From: Eledone cirrhosa
Taxonomy: Eukaryota
DNA: 64,000 nt
Direction of reading: 5' to 3'
Assembly (NCBI GenBank): GCA_964016885.1
Contig: OZ024741.1
Span: forward strand, 21,762,001 to 21,826,000
Shown here: positions 25,501-37,359 of the stretch, piece after piece
How the letters are laid out: the number at the start of each line of letters is the position of its first letter
How positions within the stretch are numbered: the first letter of the stretch is position 1
Notes under the pieces: model-generated
Database searches by the model: none
What the model was told of the DNA's origin: nothing
What the model saw: only the letters and a program-made list of their open reading frames with translations
Translations under genes and position numbers: made by a program

Positions 25501-27789
25501 CTGCTTTCTCAGTTCCAATCCCACCGAGAGAGTGTCTTCTAGTATTAGTTCTGGTTCTCTGCTTTCTCAGTTCCAATCCCACCGAGAGAATGTCTCCTAG
25601 TATTAGTTCTGGTTCTCTGCCTTCTCAGTTCAAATCCCACCGAGAGAGTGTCTTCTAGTATTAGTTCTGGTTCTCTGCTTTCTTAGTTCCAATCCCACCG
25701 AGAGAATGTCTCCTAGTATTAGTTCTGGTTCTCTGCTTTCTCAGTTCCAATCCCACCGAGAGAATGTCTCCTAGTATTAGTTCTGGTTCTCTGCTCTCTC
25801 ATTTCCAATCCCACCGAGAGAATGTCTCCTAGTATTAGTTCTGTTTCTCTGCTTTCTCAGTTCCAATCCCACCAAGAGAATGTCTCCTAGTATTAGTTCT
25901 GGTTCTCTGCTTTCTCAGTTCAAATTCCACCGAGAGAATGTATTCTAGTATTAGTTCTGGTTCTCTGCTTTCCCCGTTCAAATCCCACCGAGAGATTGTC
26001 TCCTGGTATTAGTTCTGGTACTCTGCTTTCTCAATTCAAATCCCACCGAGAGATTGTCTCCTAGTATTAATTCTGGTTCTCTGCTCTCTCAGTTCCAATC
26101 CCACCGAGAGAATGTCTCCTAGTATTAGTTCTGGTTCTCTGCTTTTTCAGTTCCAATCCCACCGAGAGATTGTCTCCTAGTATTAGTTCTGGTTCTCTGC
26201 TCTCTCAGTTCCAATCCCACCGAGAGAATGTCTCCTAGTATTAGTTCTGGTTCTCTGCTTTTTCAGTTCCAATCCCACCAAGAGAATGTCTCCTAGTATT
26301 AGTTCTGGTTCTCTGCTTTCTCAGTTCAAATTCCACCGAGAGAATGTCTTCTAGTATTAGTTCTGGTTCTCTGCTTTCCCCGTTCAAATCCCACCGAGAG
26401 ATTGTCTCCTGGTATTAGTTCTGGTACTCTGCTTTCTCAATTCAAATCCCACCGAGAGATTGTCTCCTAGTATTAATTCTGGTTCTCTGCTCTCTCAGTT
26501 CCAATCCCACCGAGAGAATGTCTCCTAGTATTAGTTCTGGTTCTCTGCTTTTTCAGTTCCAATCCCACCGAGAGAATGTCTCCTAGTATTAGTTCTGGTT
26601 CTCTGCTTTCTCAGTTCCAATCCCACCGAGAGATTGTCTCCTAGTATTAGTTCTGGTTCTCTGCTCACTCAGTTCCAATCCCACCAAGAGAATGTCTCCT
26701 AGTATTAGTTCTGGTTCTCTGCCTTTTCAGTTCCAATCCCACCGAGAGATTGTCTCCTAGTATTAGTTCTGGTTCTCTGCTTTCTCAGTTCCAATCCCAC
26801 CGAGAGATTGTCTCCTAGTATTAGTTCTGGTTCTCTGCTTTCTCAGTTCCAATCCCACCGAGAGATTGTCTCCTAGTATTAGTTCTGGTTCTCTGCTTTT
26901 TCAGTTCCAATCCCACCGAGAGAATGTCTCCTAGTATTAGTTCTGGTTCTCTGCTTTTTCAGTTCCAATCCCACCGAGAGAATGTCTCCTAGTATTAGTT
27001 CTGGTTCTCTGCTCTCTCAGTTCCATTCCCACCGAGAGATTGTCTCCTGGTATTAGTTCTGGTTCTCTGCTCTCTCAGTTCCAATCCCACCGAGAGAATG
27101 TCTCCTAGTATTAGTTCTGGTTCTCTGCTCTCTCAGTTCCAATCCCACCAAGAGAATGTCTCCTAGTATTAGTTCTGGTTCTCTGCCTTTTCAGTTCCAA
27201 TCCCACCGAGAGATTGTCTCCTAGTATTAGTTCTGGTTCTCTGCTTTCTCAGTTCCAATCCCACCAAGAGATTGTCTCCTAGTATTAGTTCTGGTTCTCT
27301 GCTTTCTCAGTTCCAATCCCACCGAGAGATTGTCTCCTAGTATTAGTTCTGGTTCTCTGCTTTTTCAGTTCCAATCCCACCGAGAGAATGTCTCCTAGTA
27401 TTAGTTCTGGTTCTCTGCTTTTTCAGTTCCAATCCCACCGAGAGAATGTCTCCTAGTATTAGTTCTGGTTCTCTGCTCTCTCAGTTCCAATCCCACCGAG
27501 AGATTGTCTCCTGGTATTAGTTCTGGTTCTCTGCTCTCTCAGTTCCAATCCCACCGAGAGAATGTCTCCTAGTATTAGTTCTGGTTCTCTGCTTTCTCAG
27601 TTCCAATCCCACCGAAAGATTGTCTCCTAGTATTAGTTCTGGTTCTCTGCTCTCTCAGTTCCAATCCCACCGAGAGATTGTCTCCTGGTATTAGTTCTGG
27701 TTCTCTGCTCTCTCAGTTCCAATCCCACCGAGAGAATGTCTCCTAGTATTAGTTCTGGTTCTCTGCTTTCTCAGTTCCAATCCCACCGA
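22580..27789. repeat. Duplicated block B, copy 2, with 7 extra monomers (406 bp) near 26160-26570
   Basis: The offset to copy 1 changes from 8464 to 8870 (7 x 58). Confidence 0.9.
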
Positions 27790-30700
27790 GAGAATGTCTC
27801 CTAGTATTAGTTCTGGTTCTCTGCTCTCTCATTTTCAATCCCACCGAGAGAATGTCTCCTAGTATTAGTTCTGGTTCTCTGCTTTCTCAGTTCCAATCCC
27901 ACCAAGAGAATGTCTCCTAGTATTAGTTCTGGTTCTCTGCTTTCTCAGTTCCAATTCCACCGAGAGAATGTCTTCTAGTATTAGTTCTGGTTCTCTGCTT
28001 TCCCCGTTCAAATCCCACCGAGAGATTGTCTCCTGGTATTAGTTCTGGTACTCTGCTTTCTCAATTCAAATCCCACCGAGAGATTGTCTCCTAGTATTAA
28101 TTCTGGTTCTCTGCTCTCTCAGTTCCAATCCCACCGAGAGAATGTCTCCTAGTATTAGTTCTGGTTCTCTGCTTTTTCAGTTCCAATCCCACCGAGAGAT
28201 TGTCTCCTAGTATTAGTTCTGGTTCTCTGCTCTCTCAGTTCCAATCCCACCGAGAGAATGTCTCCTAGTATTAGTTCTGGTTCTCTGCTTTTTCAGTTCC
28301 AATCCCACCAAGAGAATGTCTCCTAGTATTAGTTCTGGTTCTCTGCTTTCTCAGTTCAAATTCCACCGAGAGAATGTCTTCTAGTATTAGTTCTGGTTCT
28401 CTGCTTTCCCCGTTCAAATCCCACCGAGAGATTGTCTCCTGGTATTAGTTCTGGTACTCTGCTTTCTCAATTCAAATCCCACCGAGAGATTGTCTCCTAG
28501 TATTAATTCTGGTTCTCTGCTCTCTCAGTTCCAATCCCACTGAGAGAATGTCTCCTAGTATTAGTTCTGGTTCTCTGCTTTTTCAGTTCCAATCCCTCCG
28601 AGAGAATGTCTCCTAGTATTAGTTCTGGTTCTCTGCTTTCTCAGTTCCAATCCCACTGAGAGATTGTCTCCTAGTATTAGTTCTGGTTCTCTGCTCACTC
28701 AGTTCCAATCCCACCAAGAGATTGTCTCCTAGTATTAGTTCTGGTTCTCTGCTTTCTCAGTTCCAATCCCACCGAGAGAATGTCTCCTAGTATTAGTTCT
28801 GGTTCTCTGCTTTCTCAGTTCCAATCCCACTGAGAGATTGTCTCCTAGTATTAGTTCTGGTTCTCTGCTCACTCAGTTCCAATCCCACCAAGAGATTGTC
28901 TCCTAGTATTAGTTCTGGTTCTCTGCTTTCTCAGTTCCAATCCCACCGAGAGAATGTCTCCTAGTATTAGTTCTGGTTCTCTGCTTTCTCAGTTCCAATC
29001 CCACTGAGAGATTGTCTCCTAGTATTAGTTCTGGTTCTCTGCTTTCTCAGTTCCAATCCCACCGAAAGATTGTCTCCTGGTATTAGTTCTGGTTCTCTGC
29101 TCTCTCAGTTCCAATCCCACCGAGAGAATGTCTCCTAGTATTAATTCTGGTTCTTTGCTTTCTCAGTTCCAATCCCACCGAGAGATTGTCTCCTATTATT
29201 AGTTCTGGTTCTCTGCTTTCTCAGTTCCAATCCCACCGAGAGATTGTCTCCTAGTATTAGTTCTGGTTCTCTGCTCTCTCAATTCCAATCCCACCGAGAG
29301 AATGTCTCCTAGTATTAGTTCTGGTTCTCTGCTTTCTCAGTTCCAATCCCACTGAGAGATTGTCTCCTAGTATTAGTTCTGGTTCTCTGCTCTCTCAATT
29401 CCAATCCCACCGAGAGAATGTCTCCTAGTATTAGTTCTGGTTCTCTGCTTTCTCAGTTCCAATCCCACCGAGAGATTGTCTCCTAGTATTAGTTCTGGTT
29501 CTCTGCTTTTTCAGTTCCAATCCCACCGAGAGAATGTCTCCTAGTATTAGTTCTGGTTCTCTGCTTTTTCAGTTCCAATCCCACCGAGAGAATGTCTCCT
29601 AGTATTAGTTCTGGTTCTCTGCTCTCTCAGTTCCAATCCCACCGAGAGATTGTCTCCTGGTATTAGTTCTGGTTCTCTGCTCTCTCAGTTCCAATCCCAC
29701 CGAGAGAATGTCTCCTAGTATTAGTTCTGGTTCTCTGCTTTCTCAGTTCCAATCCCACCGAAAGATTGTCTCCTAGTATTAGTTCTGGTTCTCTGCTCTC
29801 TCAGTTCCAATCCCACCGAGAGATTGTCTCCTGGTATTAGTTCTGGTTCTCTGCTCTCTCAGTTCCAATCCCACCGAGAGAATGTCTCCTAGTATTAGTT
29901 CTGGTTCTCTGCTTTCTCAGTTCCAATCCCACCGAGAGAATGTCTCCTAGTATTAGTTCTGGTTCTCTGCTCTCTCATTTTCAATCCCACCGAGAGAATG
30001 TCTCCTAGTATTAGTTCTGGTTCTCTGCTTTCTCAGTTCCAATCCCACCAAGAGAATGTCTCCTAGTATTAGTTCTGGTTCTCTGCTTTCTCAGTTCCAA
30101 TTCCACCGAGAGAATGTCTTCTAGTATTAGTTCTGGTTCTCTGCTTTCCCCGTTCAAATCCCACCGAGAGATTGTGTCCTGGTATTAGTTCTGGTACTCT
30201 GCTTTCTCAATTCAAATCCCACCGAGAGATTGTCTCCTAGTATTAATTCTGGTTCTCTGCTCTCTCAGTTCCAATCCCACCGAGAGAATGTCTCCTAGTA
30301 TTAGTTCTGGTTCTCTGCTTTTTCAGTTCCAATCCCACCGAGAGATTGTCTCCTAGTATTAGTTCTGGTTCTCTGCTCTCTCAGTTCCAATCCCACCGAG
30401 AGAATGTCTCCTAGTATTAGTTCTGGTTCTCTGCTTTTTCAGTTCCAATCCCACCAAGAGAATGTCTCCTAGTATTAGTTCTGGTTCTCTGCTTTCTCAG
30501 TTCAAATTCCACCGAGAGAATGTCTTCTAGTATTAGTTCTGGTTCTCTGCTTTCCCCGTTCAAATCCCACCGAGAGATTGTCTCCTGGTATTAGTTCTGG
30601 TACTCTGCTTTCTCAATTCAAATCCCACCGAGAGATTGTCTCCTAGTATTAATTCTGGTTCTCTGCTCTCTCAGTTCCAATCCCACTGAGAGAATGTCTC

Positions 30701-31538
30701 CTAGTATTAGTTCTGGTTCTCTGCTTTTTCAGTTCCAATCCCTCCGAGAGAATATCTCCTAGTATTAGTTCTGGTTCTCTGCTTTCTCAGTTCCAATCCC
30801 ACTGAGAGATTGTCTCCTAGTATTAGTTCTGGTTCTCTGCTCACTCAGTTCCAATCCCACCAAGAGATTGTCTCCTAGTATTAGTTCTGGTTCTCTGCTT
30901 TCTCAGTTCCAATCCCACCGAGAGAATGTCTCCTAGTATTAGTTCTGGTTCTCTGCTTTCTCAGTTCCAATCCCACTGAGAGATTGTCTCCTAGTATTAG
31001 TTCTGGTTCTCTGCTCACTCAGTTCCAATCCCACCAAGAGATTGTCTCCTAGTATTAGTTCTGGTTCTCTGCTTTCTCAGTTCCAATCCCACCGAGAGAA
31101 TGTCTCCTAGTATTAGTTCTGGTTCTCTGCTTTCTCAGTTCCAATCCCACTGAGAGATTGTCTCCTAGTATTAGTTCTGGTTCTCTGCTTTCTCAGTTCC
31201 AATCCCACCGAAAGATTGTCTCCTGGTATTAGTTCTGGTTCTCTGCTCTCTCAGTTCCAATCCCACCGAGAGAATGTCTCCTAGTATTAATTCTGGTTCT
31301 TTGCTTTCTCAGTTCCAATCCCACCGAGAGATTGTCTCCTATTATTAGTTCTGGTTCTCTGCTTTCTCAGTTCCAATCCCACCGAGAGATTGTCTCCTAG
31401 TATTAGTTCTGGTTCTCTGCTCTCTCAATTCCAATCCCACCGAGAGAATGTCTCCTAGTATTAGTTCTGGTTCTCTGCTTTCTCAGTTCCAATCCCACTG
31501 AGAGATTGTCTCCTAGTATTAGTTCTGGTTCTCTGCTC
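27273..31538. repeat. Tandem duplication of a 37-monomer (2146 bp) unit
   Basis: ATTTTCAATC at 27831/29977 and AATCCCTCCG at 28591/30737, both at offset 2146 = 37 x 58. Confidence 0.92.
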
Positions 31539-31742
31539 ACTCAGTTCCAATCCCACCAAGAGATTGTCTCCTAGTATTAGTTCTGGTTCTCTGCTCTCTC
31601 AGTTCCAATCCCACCGAGAGAATGTCTCCTAGTATTAGTTCTGGTTCTCTGCTTTCTCAGTTCCAATCCCACCGAAAGATTGTCTCCTGGTATTAGTTCT
31701 GGTTCTCTGCTCTCTCAGTTCCAATCCCACCGAGAGAATGTC

Positions 31743-34737
31743 TCCTAGTATTAATTCTGGTTCTTTGCTTTCTCAGTTCCAATCCCACCGAGAGATTGTC
31801 TCCTATTATTAGTTCTGGTTCTCTGCTTTCTCAGTTCCAATCCCACCGAGAGATTGTCTCCTAGTATTAGTTCTGGTTCTCTGCTCTCTCAATTCCAATC
31901 CCACCGAGAGAATGTCTCCTAGTATTAGTTCTGGTTCTCTGCTTTCTCAGTTCCAATCCCACCGAGAGAGTGTCTTCTAGTATTAGTTCTGGTTCTCTGC
32001 TTTCTCAGTTCAAATCCCACCGAGAGAATGTCTTCTAGTATTAGTTCTGGTTCTCTGCTTTCTCAGTTCAAATCCCACCGAGAGATTGTCTCCTGGTATT
32101 AGTTCTGGTACTCTGTTTCTCAGTTCCAATCCCACCAAGAGAGTGTCTCCTAGTATTAGTTCTTGTTCTCTGCTCTGTCAGTTCAAATACCACCGAGAGT
32201 ATGTCTCCTAGTATTAGTTCTGGTACTCTGCTTTCTCAGTTCCAATCCCACCGAGAGAGTGTCTTCTAGTATTAGTTCTGGTTCTCTGCTTTCTCAGTTC
32301 CAATCCCACCGAGAGAATGTCTCCTAGTATTAGTTCTGGTTCTCTGCTTTCTCAGTTCCAATCCCACCGAGAGAATGTCTCCTAGTATTAGTTCTGGTTC
32401 TCTGCTCTCTCATTTCCAATCCCACCGAGAGAATGTCTCCTAGTATTTGTTCTGGTTCTCTGCTTTCTCAGTTCCAATCCCACCAAGAGAATGTCTCCTA
32501 GTATTAGTTCTGATTCTCTGCTTTCTCAGTTCAAATTCCACCGAGAGAATGTCTTCTAGTATTAGTTCTGGTACTCTGCTTTCTCAATTCAAATCCCACC
32601 GAGAGATTGTCTCCTAGTATTAATTCTGGTTCTCTGCTCTCTCAGTTCCAATCCCACCGAGAGAATGTCTCCTAGTATTAGTTCTGGTTCTCTGCTTTTT
32701 CAGTTCCAATCCCACCGAGAGATTGTCTCCTAGTATTAGTTCTGGTTCTCTGCTCTCTCAGTTCCAATCCCACCGAGAGAATGTCTCCTAGTATTAGTTC
32801 TGGTTCTCTGCCTTTTCAGTTCCAATCCCACCGAGAGAATGTCTCCTAGTATTAGTTCTGGTTCTCTGCTCTGTCAGTTCAAATCCCACCGAGAGAATGT
32901 CTCCTAGTATTAGTTCTGGTTCTCTGCTTTCTCAGTTCCAATCCCACCGAGAGATTGTCTCCTAGTATTAGTTCTGGTTCTCTGCTCTCTCAGTTCCAAT
33001 CCCACCGAGAGAATGTCTCCTAGTATTAGTTCTGGTTCTCTGCTTTCTCAGTTCCAATCCCACCGAGAGATTGTCTCCTAGTATTAGTTCTGGTTCTCTG
33101 CTTTCTCAGTTCCAATCCCACCGAAAGATTGTCTCCTGGTATTAGTTCTGGTTCTCTGCTCTCTCAGTTCCAATCCCACCGAGAGATTGTCTCCTAATAT
33201 TAGTTCTGGTTCTCTGCTTTCTCAGTTCCAAACCCACCGAGAGATTGTCTCCTAGTATTAGTTCTGGTTTTCTGCTTTCTCAGTTCCAATCCCACCGAGA
33301 GATTGTCTCCTAGTATTAATTCTGGTTCTTTGCTTTCTCAGTTCCAATCCCACCGAGAGATTGTCTCCTATTATTAGTTCTGGTTCTCTGCTTTCTCAGT
33401 TCCAATCCCACCGAGAGATTGTCTCCTAGTATTAGTTCTGGTTCTCTGCTCTCTCAATTCCAATCCCACCGAGAGAATGTCTCCTAGTATTAGTTCTGGT
33501 TCTCTGCTTTCTCAGTTCCAATCCCACCGAGAGAGTGTCTTCTAGTATTAGTTCTGGTTCTCTGCTTTCTCAGTTCGAATCCCACCGAGAGAATGTCTTC
33601 TAGTATTAGTTCTGGTTCTCTGCTTTCTCAGTTCAAATCCCACCGAGAGATTGTCTCCTGGTATTAGTTCTGGTACTCTGTTTCTCAGTTCCAATCCCAC
33701 CAAGAGAATGTCTCCTAGTATTAGTTCTTGTTCTCTGCTCTGTCAGTTCAAATACCACCGAGAGTATGTCTCCTAGTATTAGTTCTGGTACTCTGCTTTC
33801 TCAGTTCCAATCCCACCGAGAGAGTGTCTTCTAGTATTAGTTCTGGTTCTCTGCTTTCACAGTTCCAATCCCACCGAGAGAATGTCTGCTAGTATTAGTT
33901 CTGGTTCTCTGCCTTCTCAGTTCAGATCCCACCGAGAGAGTGTCTTCTAGTATTAGTTCTGGTTCTCTGCTTTCTTAGTTCCAATCCCACCGAGAGAATG
34001 TCTCCTAGTATTAGTTCTGGTTCTCTGCTTTCTCAGTTCCAATCCCACCGAGAGAATGTCTCCTAGTATTAGTTCTGGTTCTCTGCTCTCTCATTTCCAA
34101 TCCCACCGAGAGAATGTCTCCTAGTATTAGTTCTGGTTCCTGCTTTCTCAGTTCCAATCCCACCAAGAGAATGTCTCCTAGTATTAGTTCTGGTTCTCTG
34201 CTTTCTCAGTTCAAATTCCACCGAGAGAATGTCTTCTAGTATTAGTTCTGGTTCTCTGCTTTCCCCGTTCAAATCCCACCGAGAGATTGTCTCCTGGTAT
34301 TAGTTCTGGTACTCTGCTTTCTCAATTCAAATCCCACCGAGAGATTGTCTCCTAGTATTAATTGTGGTTCTCTGCTCTCTCAGTTCCAATCCCACCGAGA
34401 GAATGTCTCCTAGTATTAGTTCTGGTTCTCTGCTTTTTCAGTTCCAATCCCACCGAGAGATTGTCTCCTAGTATTAGTTCTGGTTCTCTGCTCTCTCAGT
34501 TCCAATCCCACCGAGAGAATGTCTCCTAGTATTAGTTCTGGTTCTCTGCTTTTTCAGTTCCAATCCCACCAACGGAATGTCTCCTAGTATTAGTTCTGGT
34601 TCTCTGCTTTCTCAGTTCAAATTCCACCGAGAGAATGTCTTCTAGTATTAGTTCTGGTTCTCTGCTTTCCCCGTTCAAATCCCACCGAGAGATTGTCTCC
34701 TAATATTAGTTCTGGTTCTCTGCTTTCTCAGTTCCAA
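31743..34737. repeat. Duplicated block C, copy 2, lacking one monomer near 32570
   Basis: The offset to copy 1 is 12698 before about 32570 and 12640 after it. Confidence 0.9.
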
Positions 34738-37359
34738 ACCCACCGAGAGATTGTCTTCTAGTATTAGTTCTGGTTCTCTGCTTTCTCAGTTCAAATCCCA
34801 CCGAGAGAATGTCTTCTAGTATTAGTTCTGGTTCTCTGCTTTCTCAGTTCCAATCCCACCGAGAGATTGTCTTCTAGTATTAGTTCTGGTTCTCTGCTTT
34901 CTCAGTTCCAATCCCACCGAGAGATTGTCTTCTAGTATTAGTTCTGGTTCTCTGCTTTCTCAGTTCAAATCCCACCGAGAGAATGTCTTCTAGTATTAGT
35001 TCTGGTTCTCTGCTTTCTCAGTTCAAATCCCACCGAGAGATTGTCTCCTGGTATTAGTTCTGGTACTCTGTTTCTCAGTTCCAATCCCACCAAGAGAATG
35101 TCTCCTAGTATTAGTTCTTGTTCTCTGCTCTGTCAGTTCAAATACCACCGAGAGTATGTCTCCTAGTATTAGTTCTGGTACTCTGCTTTCTCAGTTCCAA
35201 TTCCACCGAGAGAGTGTCTTCTAGTTTTAGTTCTGGTTCTCTGCTTTCTCAGTTCCAATCCCACCGAGAGAATGTCTCCTAGTATTAGTTCTGGTTCTCT
35301 GCTTTCTCAGTTCCAATCCCACCGAGAGAATGTCTCCTAGTATTAGTTCTGGTTCTCTGCTCTCTCATTTCCAATCCCACCGAGAGAATGTCTCCTAGTA
35401 TTAGTTCTGGTTCTCTGCTTTCTCAGTTCCAATCCCACCGAGAGAATGTCTCCTAGTATTTGTTCTGGTTCTCTGCTTTCTCAGTTCCAATCCCACCGAG
35501 AGAATGTCTCCTAGTATTAGTTCTGGTTCTCTGCTCTCTCATTTCCAATCCCACCGAGAGAATGTCTCCTAGTATTAGTTCTGGTTCTCTGCTTTCTCAG
35601 TTCCAATCCCACCGAGAGAATGTCTCCTAGTATTAGTTCTGGTTCTCTGCTTTCTCAGTTCCAATCCCACCGAGAGAGTGTCTTCTAGTATTAGTTCTGG
35701 TTCTCTGCTTTCTCAGTTCCAATCCCACCGAGAGAATGTCTCCTAGTATTAGTTCTGGTTCTCTGCTTTCTCAGTTCCAATCCCACCGAGAGAATGTCTC
35801 CTAGTATTAGTTCTGGTTCTCTGCTCTCTCATTTCCAATCCCACCGAGAGAATGTCTCCTAGTATTAGTTCTGGTTCTCTGCTTTCTCAGTTCCAATCCC
35901 ACCGAGAGAATGTCTCCTAGTATTAGTTCTGGTTCTCTGCTCTCTCATTTCCAATCCCACCGAGAGAATGTCTCCTAGTATTAGTTCTGGTTCTCTGCTT
36001 TCTCAGTTCCAATCCCACCAAGAGAATGTCTCCTAGTATTAGTTCTGGTTCTCTGCTTTCTCAGTTCAAATTCCACCGAGAGAATGTCTTCTAGTATTAG
36101 TTCTGGTTCTCTGCTTTCCCCGTTCAAATCCCACCGAGAGATTGTCTCCTGGTATTAGTTCTAGTTCTCTGCTTTTTCAGTTCCAATCCCACCGAGAGAT
36201 TGTCTCCTAGTATTAGTTCTGGTTCTCTGCTCTCTCAGTTCCAATCCCACCGAGAGAATGTCTCCTAGTATTAGTTCTGGTTCTCTGCCTTTTCAGTTCC
36301 AATCCCACCGAGAGATTGTCTCCTAGTATTAGTTCTGGTTCTCTGCTTTCTCAGTTCCAATCCCACCGAGAGATTGTCTCCTAGTATTAGTTCTGGTTCT
36401 CTGCTTTCTCAGTTCCAATCCCACCGAGAGATTGTCTCCTAGTATTAGTTCTGGTTCTCTGCTCTCTCAGTTCCAATCCCACCGAGAGAATGTCTCCTAG
36501 TATTAGTTCTGGTTCTCTGCTCTCTCAGTTCAAATCCCACCGAGAGATTGTCTCCTGGTATTAGTTCTGGTACTCTGCTTTCTCAATTCAAATCCCACCG
36601 AGAGATTGTCTCCTAGTATTAGTTCTGGTTCTCTGCTCTCTCAGTTCCAATCCCACCGAGAGAATGTCTCCTAGTATTAGTTCTGGTTCTCTGCTTTCTC
36701 AGTTCCAATCCCACCGAGAGATTGTCTCCTAGTATTAGTTCTGGTTCTCTGCTCACTCAGTTCCAATCCCACCAAGAGAATGTCTCCTAGTATTAGTTCT
36801 GGTTCTCTGCCTTTTCAGTTCCAATCCCACCGAGAGATTGTCTCCTAGTATTAGTTCTGGTTCTCTGCTTTCTCAGTTCAAATCCCACCGAGAGATTGTC
36901 TCCCTGTATTAGTTCTGGTACTCTGTTTCTCAGTTCCAATCCCACCAAGAGAATGTCTCCTAGTATTAGTTCTTGTTCTCTGCTCTGTCAGTTCAAATAC
37001 CACCGAGAGTATGTCTCCTAGTATTAGTTCTGGTACTCTGCTTTCTCAGTTCCAATCCCACCGAGAGAGTGTCTTCTAGTATTAGTTCTGGTTCTCTGCT
37101 TTCTCAGTTCCAATCCCACCGAGAGAATGTCTCCTAGTATTAGTTCTGGTTCTCTGCCTTCTCAGTTCAAATCCCACCGAGAGAGTGTCTTCTAGTATTA
37201 GTTCTGGTTCTCTGCTTTCTCAGTTCCAATCCCACCGAGAGAATGTCTCCTAGTATTAGTTCTGGTTCTCTGCTCTCTCATTTCCAATCCCACCGAGAGA
37301 ATGTCTCCTAGTATTAGTTCTGGTTCTCTGCTTTCTCAGTTCCAATCCCACCAAGAGAA

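Noticed and set aside
34069-34272. Identical second 67-aa ORF, suggesting a conserved gene
   Set aside because: The identity is explained by block C duplication (offset 12640), not by selection on a protein.
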